A stretch of 45,032 nt of DNA from a virus. Lineage: Duplodnaviria > Caudoviricetes. The notes below the pieces were generated by a model. It saw only the letters and a program-made list of their open reading frames with translations. It was not told the DNA's origin and ran no database searches. Each line of letters opens with the position of its first letter. Position 1 is the stretch's first letter. Of this stretch, positions 1 to 8,629 are shown in pieces. The translations under genes and the position numbers were made by a program. Location of the stretch: IMG/VR virus record IMGVR_UViG_3300016476_000196, positions 1 through 45,032 of that record; one strand, given 5' to 3'.

Positions 1-287
1 ACCCACTCTTCGGCAGCTACCCATACGGTAGTGAACTCTGGATCTCTCTCTTGGTTAGCAGCAATAGTCTTTAAAGCAATGGCTGTCTTGCCGTTACTAG
101 CCTCACCAATAATCTCGTGCCATTGATTGGCCGGCCATCCGCCACCTAACGCTACATCGATAGCCACTGATCCTGTGGTAAAGCGCTTACCTTTTTCTGT
201 AATCTCTGAACCAAGGACAATAGTGTCATCGCCCATTTTCTTATTGATTGAGGAAAATACCTTTGCTAATTCGCCTGTAAGTGCCAT
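1..287 (-). CDS. recA: RecA-like recombinase (N-terminal part; runs off the window edge)
   Basis: Not in the ORF track; translated by hand from ATG 287: MALTGELAKVFSSINKKMGDDTIVLGSEITEKGKRFTTGSVAIDVALGGGWPANQWHEIIGEASNGKTAIALKTIAANQERDPEFTTVWVAAEEW. Contains the RecA motif TGSxxxDxALGGGxP and Walker A GEASNGKT. The start overlaps the upstream stop (TAATG). Confidence 0.9.
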   Translation of the reverse strand, partial: MALTGELAKVFSSINKKMGDDTIVLGSEITEKGKRFTTGSVAIDVALGGGWPANQWHEIIGEASNGKTAIALKTIAANQERDPEFTTVWVAAEEW

Positions 288-655
288 TAGATGTGTCCAA
301 TGATTGTCGTAGGGTTCCAACCGCCAGTTGAAATTTGCTTTGCAGGTGCGGCAGGGCCAGCGCTCTGACCACCTTGACCAATAATCCCTGTACCCATTCC
401 AGATCCGCTCTGCGTGATTGGGTACCCGCAATCGTAACAACGAGCTCTTGACTCAGCTGTTCCTCCATAGTTGCCACTACCGCAACCAGGACACTTGGGC
501 GACATCTGTATCTGCTGTGATGGCGGATACTGAGGTTGCTGTGGTTGTTGATACACAGGCTGTGGTTGTTGTAGTTGTGTCTGTGGCATTTGAGGCTGTT
601 GTGGTTGAGGTACAGGAGTACCTAACTTTTTAGCCCACCAATCATTCGCCATCAT
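287..655 (-). CDS. Gln/Pro-rich zinc-ribbon protein
   Basis: PQ-rich N-terminus, then CPGC-x13-CYDC; translationally coupled to recA. Confidence 0.7.
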   Translation of the reverse strand: MMANDWWAKKLGTPVPQPQQPQMPQTQLQQPQPVYQQPQQPQYPPSQQIQMSPKCPGCGSGNYGGTAESRARCYDCGYPITQSGSGMGTGIIGQGGQSAGPAAPAKQISTGGWNPTTIIGHI

Positions 656-1112
656 AGTCTCCTTCTAACACGTCGGATGATACTGCATCTAAAGATACTA
701 TCCCTAAATGGGTTGCAATGGAAAGCCCGCCAACTAAAGCAGATATAGCAATCGCTTGATACACCATGTGCATAATGGCTAGCTCTTCTGGATCAGTAGA
801 CTCGTCTATCACTCCAGCTTTTTTCATTTCATTAAACTGCATGTTAGCCACCGATTCGGCAGCAACTTCTGAAATTAAATCTATGTACGGCATAAGGTGA
901 GAAATAGTCCTGAGACGCTGCTCACTATCCTGACGCTCTTTACTGTGGCCCTCGTCGCTTACCGGGCTTAAACCGATAAGTGATGCAACCTCATTCTCGT
1001 TATCAAGTGCGGTGTCGTAGATATACCAGCGTTTGATAGTACTTACTGGAACGTCCGTAACTATGGATACTGGATCATCTTTTCTTTTAAAGAACCTACT
1101 GAACCAACTCAC
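642..1112 (-). CDS. hypothetical protein
   Basis: 156-aa ORF overlapping both neighbours in the operon; hydrophobic segment near the C-terminus. Confidence 0.65.
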   Translation of the reverse strand: MSWFSRFFKRKDDPVSIVTDVPVSTIKRWYIYDTALDNENEVASLIGLSPVSDEGHSKERQDSEQRLRTISHLMPYIDLISEVAAESVANMQFNEMKKAGVIDESTDPEELAIMHMVYQAIAISALVGGLSIATHLGIVSLDAVSSDVLEGDYDGE

Positions 1113-3073
1113 TTAGCTTCGCCCCATCTCTGTACCACTGCCATGTCTGCAATCAAAGGCACCTTAAGCAAGTCTATGCCCTCCATAGCATCGAGAATAG
1201 CCGCCTTTGTTTCCTCCACGTACTTGTCAGGAGTTAACGTAACCAATTCATCGTGCACAGTAAGGATGAGCTTTGCCTCCTTAGGGAGTCTTTCGTAGGC
1301 CCTGATCATAGCAAGTTTAATGATGTCTGCGGCCGACCCTTGAATACGTGTGTTGAAGGCTTGGCGTTCAGCTGAGGATCTTAAAGCCATGTTCCTTGAT
1401 GTGATATCAGGGAGGTATCTACGGCGTTTGTAGATGGTACTAACGTATCCGTACTTCCTAGCCACACCAATAACTAACTGTCGGTAGTCACCTACAGAAG
1501 GAAACTTCTCGGAAAATCTAGTGAGCAAGTTCTTTGCATCTTGAACAGAGCAACCAATCTGCTTAGCGATTTTATCTGGTCCTACTCCGTAAGCAATCGA
1601 CAGAACTAAAACCTTTCCGGCCTTTCGGTCTACACCCATCTCATTTCCTACTGTGGTGTAGATGTCGTTTTTATCAAGATAGTTCTTGATCATAATTGGA
1701 TCCTCAGACATCGAGGCAATTACTCTAGGCTCAATCTGTGAGTAGTCGGCAACCACTAGCTTGTAGCCCTCGGGCGCGTAGAACAGGTTACGAATAGCAC
1801 GACCGTGGTCGGTGTTAGGCGCAGGAACATTCTGTAGGTTTGGATTGCGACTAGAGAAGCGACCAGTCTCAGCACCCCACTGAATGAAGTCAGCATAGAT
1901 GCGACCACCGACAAGAAGGCTTTCTTTGTGCTCGGTCTTTGTCTTTCCATTGCTGGTCTTAGTGATGTCCCCACCAAGGTATGGGATTACATATGTGCTT
2001 AAAAGCTTGTTTAAGTCTGAGTACTTAAGTAGGGCACCTACTAGCTCGTCAGTGTCTCTAAACTCCTCCAGCGCCTCGGCAGACACGGAGTAGTCCTTGT
2101 ATGTAAGGGTACCCTCGTTCTTCTCGCCCTTACCTGTAAGGATCTTTGGCTTTAAGCCACGACCACCTTCTGATACAGGGGCATACAAAAGACGCTGTTT
2201 CTCTGCATTGGAGTTCATATTAAATATCCCGCCAATGCGGTAGATATCCTTCTTGACCTCTTCAACCTCTGCGGTTAACTGATCGTGCAAAACCTGTAAT
2301 TGATCTGTGTCAATAGGTGCGCCAGTAAGCTTCATGTAGCAAAGCACCTTGAGTACGCCCATTTCTAAATCCATTACCTTTTCCACATTGGCCTCTTTTA
2401 ACTTAAGGACTAGGTGCTTCCAAAGTAACCATGTGTACTTGGCGTCTAAGTATGCGTACTTAGCGACCTCACTGAACCCGTAGACCTCAACCATGTGACC
2501 AATACCTTTGACCATGTGGTAGCCAAACTCTCGCTCAAGACAATCGTCTAGACCAACCTTGTTCTTATTCTTGTTGTCATACAAGAAAGATGCCATCAAG
2601 GTATCGAAGTGTGGCTCTGACGGAATCGTATTGTTGTAGTACTTGGCAACAGAACTTAGATCAAACCCTAAGTTGTGACCTATCTTTAATATGGTTTCGC
2701 TAAAGAAGAGCGGCTTGAGCGCGGAGAATACCTCAGCAGGGTATAACTGTTTAGGGGCTTCGCCAAATGTTTTAACAGCCTTTTTCTTATCCCGCGAATA
2801 ATCCGAGTCGCGAGCTGGTAATCCTGCAAGCACACGCTTTTCGCCTTGCCCGGTAAGCGGATAGGTTTCACTAATAAACTCACCGTGAGGATGACCAATT
2901 GGTATGACATCGCACCGACCATGAGTTGCAAACGATAACCAAAGGACTTCATTTACCGCTGGTACCCCTCTCTTTTCTCCGACTGTTTCCACGTCAAATG
3001 CAAACGCGTCTTGTCGCAGGTAGTACGAGATCATCTCGTCTAACTGTTCTTTTGTAGTAATTATGTACGTCAA
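1109..3073 (-). CDS. polA: DNA polymerase family A with 3'-5' exonuclease and no 5'-3' exonuclease
   Basis: Exonuclease motifs FDVET, GHNLGFD, YAYLDA; TGRFSSRNPNLQNVP; motif A ADYSQIEPR; motif B RKAGKVLVLSIAYG; NTRIQGSAADIIK; motif C TVHDEL. TTG start preceded by GGGGAG. Confidence 0.97.
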   Translation of the reverse strand: MTYIITTKEQLDEMISYYLRQDAFAFDVETVGEKRGVPAVNEVLWLSFATHGRCDVIPIGHPHGEFISETYPLTGQGEKRVLAGLPARDSDYSRDKKKAVKTFGEAPKQLYPAEVFSALKPLFFSETILKIGHNLGFDLSSVAKYYNNTIPSEPHFDTLMASFLYDNKNKNKVGLDDCLEREFGYHMVKGIGHMVEVYGFSEVAKYAYLDAKYTWLLWKHLVLKLKEANVEKVMDLEMGVLKVLCYMKLTGAPIDTDQLQVLHDQLTAEVEEVKKDIYRIGGIFNMNSNAEKQRLLYAPVSEGGRGLKPKILTGKGEKNEGTLTYKDYSVSAEALEEFRDTDELVGALLKYSDLNKLLSTYVIPYLGGDITKTSNGKTKTEHKESLLVGGRIYADFIQWGAETGRFSSRNPNLQNVPAPNTDHGRAIRNLFYAPEGYKLVVADYSQIEPRVIASMSEDPIMIKNYLDKNDIYTTVGNEMGVDRKAGKVLVLSIAYGVGPDKIAKQIGCSVQDAKNLLTRFSEKFPSVGDYRQLVIGVARKYGYVSTIYKRRRYLPDITSRNMALRSSAERQAFNTRIQGSAADIIKLAMIRAYERLPKEAKLILTVHDELVTLTPDKYVEETKAAILDAMEGIDLLKVPLIADMAVVQRWGEAK

Positions 3074-3089
3074 ATTATTCTCCCCATAA

Positions 3090-3134
3090 GCTGAAGGGCT
3101 AGTCTAGGGGGTCACCTGAAACTAGCCCTTCAAC
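3090..3134 (-). promoter_or_regulatory. long intergenic stem-loop upstream of polA
   Basis: Perfect 12-bp inverted repeat TGAAGGGCTAGT (3092-3103) / ACTAGCCCTTCA (3121-3132), extendable with G-U pairs on the minus strand; no strong U-tract. Confidence 0.6.
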
Positions 3135-3144
3135 ATCTCACAAA

Positions 3145-3807
3145 TTAGGACAAAGCGTCAGCGATTGCTTCTAGCTCTTCCCAAGTAGGCTCCTTAAAAA
3201 TGGAGCGATCGTATGGCTTCATCTCAGCGATGAGCGGGCCGAAGGCAGCAATGTCAATTCCCCAGTCTTCCTGAAGATCACGTTCCTTAACAGAGTTAAC
3301 CTGATAAGCAATCGCAGCCATTTCTCCCGTGCGGCTTAGTGCCCAGTAACCGCGGTGAAGCGGACCAAACTGTGCGTTGTGATGTGCGGCGTACAAAGAC
3401 TTGTAAAGACGTGGGGTCGCCTTCAATACCTGACGTTGTGGGCCACCTTCTGCGCTTAGGTTAGCAATTGTAAATGCTCGAATTTCACGAGGCTTGCTAC
3501 CAAGCTTTGTTACTAGAGGATCGTTTGCCCCTAGTGAGATGTAAGACCGCTTACCTGAAGTCTTTTGTGTGAGCCAGTGCTCCTTGTAAGCAGCGAACGG
3601 AGTCGCTTCTGGGTCTAAGAATTTAACAATCTGAAATTGACTGTCAATGAATTTAAAGTCAACAGGATAGTTTCCACCACCTGCACCTGGTGCGTCCCAA
3701 CCCGATGAGATTGCGCTCGATGGGCGGTCTGCGATTGTTGAAGCATTTTGTACTGAAAAATCATCATCTTCAGTAACCATTGTTGTATCTTCTCTATTTA
3801 TAGCCAT
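3145..3807 (-). CDS. probable single-stranded DNA-binding protein (gp32-like)
   Basis: Adjacent to polA; IVKFLD..PFAAYKEHW pattern and aromatic-rich beta segments typical of phage SSBs. Inferred. Confidence 0.5.
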   Translation of the reverse strand: MAINREDTTMVTEDDDFSVQNASTIADRPSSAISSGWDAPGAGGGNYPVDFKFIDSQFQIVKFLDPEATPFAAYKEHWLTQKTSGKRSYISLGANDPLVTKLGSKPREIRAFTIANLSAEGGPQRQVLKATPRLYKSLYAAHHNAQFGPLHRGYWALSRTGEMAAIAYQVNSVKERDLQEDWGIDIAAFGPLIAEMKPYDRSIFKEPTWEELEAIADALS

Positions 3808-3809
3808 TA

Positions 3810-4289
3810 TTATTCTTTCTCTAGTTTAGTTTCATTTGCTCGGATTTGATTCCAAGCCTCGGCGATCTCATTACTGAGTTGCCGGTGTTCAGGCCATTCT
3901 ATACGTCGTACAGACAATAGTCCAGCCTTATCCAGCTTTTCAATAAGAGTTTCAATCATAGCTCGTGACCACATCCTACGACCTGCACGTTTTTGTCCGT
4001 ACTTGTCGACAGTGTCGGGCAACCGATAAGGGGAGGCAGGAATGTAACCTTCCTTTATCCACGTTCGTATTGTTATTACGGGGCGACCAACAGCTGATGC
4101 CAGAGCTCCAATAGTAAACATCTCTACATCCTTCCCGTTAGGAAGAGTTTTCTTAAATGGGTTTTCATCCCACCCTTGATCAGAAGTTACTACTGCTTCT
4201 TGCTTCGCAGGAGTTTTTCTCTTGCGTTTACTGCCCGGATAAAACTCATCCAAGTCAGCAAAACTTTTATCTATGTAATCTTCGGTCAT
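3810..4289 (-). CDS. MerR-like helix-turn-helix DNA-binding protein
   Basis: MFTIGALASAVGRPVITIRTWIKEGYIP followed by a GRRMWS wing. Confidence 0.8.
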   Translation of the reverse strand: MTEDYIDKSFADLDEFYPGSKRKRKTPAKQEAVVTSDQGWDENPFKKTLPNGKDVEMFTIGALASAVGRPVITIRTWIKEGYIPASPYRLPDTVDKYGQKRAGRRMWSRAMIETLIEKLDKAGLLSVRRIEWPEHRQLSNEIAEAWNQIRANETKLEKE

Positions 4290-4690
4290 GCTTCTTTAAC
4301 AATAAATGCCCATGTAATTTTTTCAGGGAACATAGCATCAATGTCTGCCTCAGATAGTTTGCCCTCATAGAATGCAGCCATAATTGCAGCGTCATCTAGT
4401 GTGGGAATCATTTTAATACAGTCGTCTTTAATACCGCGTTCTTCTAGTAGTTGCTCTGCAACTGTAATATCTAAGTTCTTAGAAACGCGACGCTGTTTGG
4501 TTAGGTTTACATCACCTTTAACTTCATCAGTAACAGCTAAGGTGATATGACCACGATCATCTACATTACCGTTGGCTTCAACTTGTTCTGTTAATCGTGA
4601 CTTTAATGTGTTTACTCGGTTAGTGAGTAGCTCTACTTCGCCTTTCAATGAAAGATATTGACGAAGTGTTGCTTTTAGATCTTCTAACAT
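4286..4690 (-). CDS. hypothetical protein with N-terminal coiled coil
   Basis: 134-aa ORF with heptad-like N-terminus; SD GGGGG before the ATG; coupled to the next gene. Confidence 0.65.
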   Translation of the reverse strand: MLEDLKATLRQYLSLKGEVELLTNRVNTLKSRLTEQVEANGNVDDRGHITLAVTDEVKGDVNLTKQRRVSKNLDITVAEQLLEERGIKDDCIKMIPTLDDAAIMAAFYEGKLSEADIDAMFPEKITWAFIVKEA

Positions 4691-4743
4691 TTAGACCCCC
4701 TTTAGGTGGGTCTAAAACTAATCTAGGCTTTATCCTCTGTCAA
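4690..4743 (-). promoter_or_regulatory. sigma70-type promoter followed by a palindrome
   Basis: Minus strand: TTGACA (4743-4738), 17-nt spacer, TAGTTT (4720-4715), then TTTAGACCC-N9-GGGTCTAAA (4716-4690) covering the SD and the A of the ATG. Confidence 0.65.
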
Positions 4744-4875
4744 GTATGTCTCCAGCGCGGCGATAATTACGCTGGTAACGGTCACTCCCTCAACTGCCGC
4801 TTTCTTTTGCACGGCTTGCCAAAGGTCATCGGCCACACGGATGGTGCGGGTCGGGGTCTTAGGTGCGTTTGGCAT
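4723..4875 (-). CDS. ribbon-helix-helix (Arc/CopG-like) DNA-binding protein
   Basis: Not in the track; hand translation MPNAPKTPTRTIRVADDLWQAVQKKAAVEGVTVTSVIIAALETYLTEDKA (50 aa). RTIRV strand plus two helices fits the RHH pattern, and the ORF fills the gap. Confidence 0.8.
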   Translation of the reverse strand: MPNAPKTPTRTIRVADDLWQAVQKKAAVEGVTVTSVIIAALETYLTEDKA

Positions 4876-4884
4876 CCTAATAGT

Positions 4885-6549
4885 TTATACGCTAGCGAAC
4901 TCCAAAAACTGCTTAAGACTGCCAGCAGTCATAGGAATGCCACCTTCTTCATCAATGCCATGACCATCAATAATCGCACTAGCTACCGCGTTTTTCTGTT
5001 GAAGCATCTCATATTGACGATCCTCAATAGAGTTATTGATGATTATGTCCTGAATTACTATGGATGGCCATGTAGATGAGGCTCTTTGGATTCTTCCGTT
5101 TCGTTGAGTTGCTGAGCCAGATGACCATGGAAGGTCGTAGTTGACGAGGAGATTAGCCGCCGGTAGATCCACACCATAACCGCCAGCATCTGAAGAAATA
5201 AGGACACGAATACTAGGATCGTTGTTGAACGCAATCTTATTCTCCTCTTTGGTTTTCGCATCTAGTTTGCCAGAATAAATACGGCACTGCTCTGGTCCTA
5301 AGGCCTCTGCAATCATGGAAAGCATGTCCACATAGGTAGCAAATATAACTACCTTGTTAGCCTCATCCTGCTCTAAGAAGTCCTTTACGTACTGTGTTAA
5401 GTAATCTAGTTTGGGCGATGACGATAAAGAATCTAAAGCTCCTGACTCTAGGAGTTCTGCCGCGTAGGCAGACCCGCCCTTAGATCCAAAAGTAGGGATC
5501 ATCTGACTGAACCTAGTTGTGACCCCGTCATCGTCGTCTTCATAAATAACGTGCTTCTCAACAGACTTGTATTTATAAGCACTACGCTTAAGAAGATCAG
5601 GGTGAGAACAGAGCATCTTTAAACACCCAATCTTAGACATGATACGACCGCGTATCTCTTCCTCAGGGCCACCAGACTTGTTCTCTAATCCGTAATGAGC
5701 CATGACGTTAAAGGACGATCCGTAAAGGTTCTGCGCCTCATCTAAGTCATTTAGTAAGTCGTTAGCTATTTTGTGATAAAGCTTAAAAGCGGAACGATCT
5801 AAAACAATCTTTATAGGGTCTTTGTGAATTGTGTCAGGTAGGAACGGGGCTACATCCGGATCTTTTTGACCTTTACGGACCGAAGCCTCTTTCATCTTCT
5901 CATGTAATGTCTTTAGGTTTCTGTAATGTTGAACCGCACCCCAACTATTTCTAACAATAAAAGCAGAGTCAAAGATGTCAAAGCGACCAAGTACAGAAGA
6001 ATCGACAAATTGCATGATGCTATACAGCTCTTCTGGCTTACCGTTTTCTATAGGTGTACCTGTAAGAGCAAAGCGGTACTCCGCGTTGTTTAGTTTCTTT
6101 ACGGCCTTTGATCGTTTTGATCTGAAAGACTTGATTGCTGTGGCTTCATCGAGGACGACGAACCCTCTTGGTAGCTTCTCGACAAACTTCCAGTCATTAA
6201 CAACTTGCTCGTAATTAAGAACAATGTAGTCAACTCCCGACGTACGCCACGCCATGGCCTCTTGGTATTGCTCTGCTCGTTTCTTCGGCGTTCCATCAAT
6301 AACCAAAGCTCGTGAAGATCCACTTGTAAACTTCTCAATCTGATTTGCCCATTGGTACTTTAAAGATGACAAGCAAATGATAAGGCCCGGCTCATCTATT
6401 TTCCGCTCATCCATAAGACGCTCTATGGCGGCTATGGTTAGGACAGTCTTACCCAACCCTAGGTCGTAGGCAACGAGCATTTTTTGGCGCTCGCACATTT
6501 TGTCTACAGCCTCTGGCTGATAGGGTAAAAGGGTGCCTGTAAAGGTCAC
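4885..6549 (-). CDS. SNF2-family helicase
   Basis: LLPYQ, DLGLGKT, LDEA, LTGTPIEN, AGGYGVDL, YDLPW, QRNGRIQR motifs. Confidence 0.95.
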   Translation of the reverse strand: MTFTGTLLPYQPEAVDKMCERQKMLVAYDLGLGKTVLTIAAIERLMDERKIDEPGLIICLSSLKYQWANQIEKFTSGSSRALVIDGTPKKRAEQYQEAMAWRTSGVDYIVLNYEQVVNDWKFVEKLPRGFVVLDEATAIKSFRSKRSKAVKKLNNAEYRFALTGTPIENGKPEELYSIMQFVDSSVLGRFDIFDSAFIVRNSWGAVQHYRNLKTLHEKMKEASVRKGQKDPDVAPFLPDTIHKDPIKIVLDRSAFKLYHKIANDLLNDLDEAQNLYGSSFNVMAHYGLENKSGGPEEEIRGRIMSKIGCLKMLCSHPDLLKRSAYKYKSVEKHVIYEDDDDGVTTRFSQMIPTFGSKGGSAYAAELLESGALDSLSSSPKLDYLTQYVKDFLEQDEANKVVIFATYVDMLSMIAEALGPEQCRIYSGKLDAKTKEENKIAFNNDPSIRVLISSDAGGYGVDLPAANLLVNYDLPWSSGSATQRNGRIQRASSTWPSIVIQDIIINNSIEDRQYEMLQQKNAVASAIIDGHGIDEEGGIPMTAGSLKQFLEFASV

Positions 6550-7067
6550 AGACGAACGCCCATCGATAGAAGCACTTGATTGTATAGGTGGTCTAACCCG
6601 GCCTCGTTAATGAGCACCTGATCAAATTTATAGCCATCCATCTCGGTCTCAGATATGTGGTTGTTTACCGCGCCCACACCAGGTCGCTCGACTCTCCAAA
6701 TCTCTCCGCCACGTTCTTTAATCGCCCGAGCCTCATTTAAGAATCGAACATCAGTTACTACGATGCGGTCATTAAGAACTCGGTCTAAAGCCGCGCTAAC
6801 CCATACCTCAGGGTGAATGTGATTCCTAGCAGCTAACCCTAAATCTTGTAGCAGACGACGAACTTCTGGGTGTTGTTTTGCTTTGTCCCAACCTTCTACA
6901 TCTACCTTTGCCTGTAAAAAACCAGACTCAAGCATTGGATTTAAGTCATACAAAACGTTTCTAAGATTGTCTGCAAAAGCGCGACGAATAAACCCATGAT
7001 CTTTAATCAAATAGTTCGCAATAGTGTCTTTGCCTGACTGCGCATACCCTGATAGCCCAATTAACAT
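6546..7067 (-). CDS. deoxynucleoside monophosphate kinase
   Basis: IGLSGYAQSGKDT P-loop, AFAD.L, RRLLQ, VVTDVRFLNE, HISE. Confidence 0.9.
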   Translation of the reverse strand: MLIGLSGYAQSGKDTIANYLIKDHGFIRRAFADNLRNVLYDLNPMLESGFLQAKVDVEGWDKAKQHPEVRRLLQDLGLAARNHIHPEVWVSAALDRVLNDRIVVTDVRFLNEARAIKERGGEIWRVERPGVGAVNNHISETEMDGYKFDQVLINEAGLDHLYNQVLLSMGVRL

Positions 7068-7540
7068 TAGTGTTTACCGTCCCAATCTCCGATTTTTGTT
7101 GTCTCTATGCCGTTTTCTTCCCAAAGTTTAATCACATTTGGGTTGTCGTCAACAGCGTGTACAACATCCCAAAAAAGTTTAATATGTTCCAAGATGTCCT
7201 TTTTGACCTCATAGTCAGGTCTGTAGTCTTTGTCCTGTCTCATAAATAAAGCCTCGTGTGGCACACAAGCTTGCCTTAACCAATAGGACGTATGCGCCCT
7301 CCACTCTTCGCGACGAGCGGTAACAACTATGATGTCGCCTTTTGCATTATCGATAACGTCCCAAACCATGTCCACAACCTCTGGGTGAGGAGGGACATTT
7401 ACAGACTCCCTATGAAAACTATCAAAATCTTTTTTAAAAGCGTCTGTATCCCTGTTCTTATGCTTTACAACATAATGCAAAATTGAGTCCACATTAGCTA
7501 AAGTGCCGTCAACATCAAAAATCCAAGCCTTGCGCTTCAC
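7067..7540 (-). CDS. HAD phosphatase resembling the T4 PNK 3'-phosphatase domain
   Basis: FDVDGTLA, VTAR, LFMR..D.RPD..VK, AVDD. Confidence 0.85.
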   Translation of the reverse strand: MKRKAWIFDVDGTLANVDSILHYVVKHKNRDTDAFKKDFDSFHRESVNVPPHPEVVDMVWDVIDNAKGDIIVVTARREEWRAHTSYWLRQACVPHEALFMRQDKDYRPDYEVKKDILEHIKLFWDVVHAVDDNPNVIKLWEENGIETTKIGDWDGKH

Positions 7541-8493
7541 ATAGCCACCTTTCTACCATGAGCTATGTGCCTAGCCCGTTCAAGGCCCGACCTTACCTCA
7601 TCTAAACTCATGGCCCCGACATCTTTCATATCGGTGTGTCGGTAGTCAAAGAACCACGCCTCGACCCCCATCTCACGACACTTGTTAAACAACTCCATAG
7701 AGGATGCTTTTCCAGCCTGATCATTATCCATAGCAAAAATGATGCGCTCAGCGCCACGTATGGCGTTGAACTGGGTTAGGGATACAAGCGCCCCCATGGT
7801 AGCCACGCCACCTGAGAAGCCAAGAGAGTGTAAACGAACAACATCTAGAGGAGACTCGACAACAATCATGTCGCCACCTACGTATTGTTGGTAGCCAAAC
7901 AAAGAAAAGCTCTTCTTCATCTTAGGCGGTTGATTATTAAAGTACCTAGTTCCGTGGCCCTTCTCTTGCCAACCTAACAACTTACCCTGCAAATCTCTTA
8001 CAGGAATAATCCAATTACCTTTTCTATGATCCCAAAGAACCCCATAGTAACGCGCCGCGTTACTAGTCAAACCTCTTGATAAGAGAGCATCAGCTGGTGG
8101 GTCTATGAAAGCACTGAGCATAGACTCAGTAACAACTGTTATCTCTTCTTCTTGTGGCTTCTTTGGCGTAGTAACCCGATTAAACTTTTGAATTAAGGCG
8201 TCAGCTGAACCTAGCCAATCTTTTGCCATCTCAAAGTCAATGCCGTTAACCTCACTGATTAGTGTGTATAGGCCGCCCTTAAACTGACAAGAAAAACAAA
8301 TGTGCTGTCCCGTATCGGCATTAATCCACCAAGAAGGATTACGATCTTCATGGCCAGTACGAGCTTTATGTGCAGGACAATGTGCCTGTATCTCGCTACC
8401 TCTTGTAGATATGACCTCAATCCCTAAACGGGAAAGGGTGTCTTCCATTTCTTCAACGGACACCTTTAACGATCCCTTGAACAATAAACTCAT
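7537..8493 (-). CDS. dnaG: DNA primase (zinc-binding plus TOPRIM domains); true start may be GTG 8463 or ATG 8448
   Basis: CPAH...CFSC zinc motif; VVESPLD and MDNDQAG TOPRIM motifs; KDVG. Confidence 0.92.
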   Translation of the reverse strand: MSLLFKGSLKVSVEEMEDTLSRLGIEVISTRGSEIQAHCPAHKARTGHEDRNPSWWINADTGQHICFSCQFKGGLYTLISEVNGIDFEMAKDWLGSADALIQKFNRVTTPKKPQEEEITVVTESMLSAFIDPPADALLSRGLTSNAARYYGVLWDHRKGNWIIPVRDLQGKLLGWQEKGHGTRYFNNQPPKMKKSFSLFGYQQYVGGDMIVVESPLDVVRLHSLGFSGGVATMGALVSLTQFNAIRGAERIIFAMDNDQAGKASSMELFNKCREMGVEAWFFDYRHTDMKDVGAMSLDEVRSGLERARHIAHGRKVAM

Positions 8494-8629
8494 CTAGTTC
8501 TTTGTTAGGGCAGTGAAAAACATTCATTGTATAAATGTTCTTACAGTCCCCGCACTCCCAAAGAAAAGCTTTAAGAACTAATTCAGCGTCAGTTAACTGC
8601 GGAACATCTTGCTTCTTTTTAGAAGTCAT
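8453..8629 (-). CDS. small Cys-containing hypothetical protein
   Basis: Not in the track; MTSKKKQDVPQLTDAELVLKAFLWECGDCKNIYTMNVFHCPNKELDEFIVQGIVKGVR (58 aa); strong SD GGAGG; fills the dnaB-primase gap. Confidence 0.7.
   Translation of the reverse strand: MTSKKKQDVPQLTDAELVLKAFLWECGDCKNIYTMNVFHCPNKELDEFIVQGIVKGVR

Noticed and set aside
1109-3073. DpoZ / 2-aminoadenine system, or an intein or intron in polA
   Set aside because: No purZ, datZ or mazZ is seen in the window; polA is continuous, of ordinary length, and has no splicing motifs.
4648-5079. 143-aa plus-strand ORF spanning an apparent gap
   Set aside because: The gap is explained by the minus-strand RHH gene and promoter, and the ORF overlaps two real genes in antisense.
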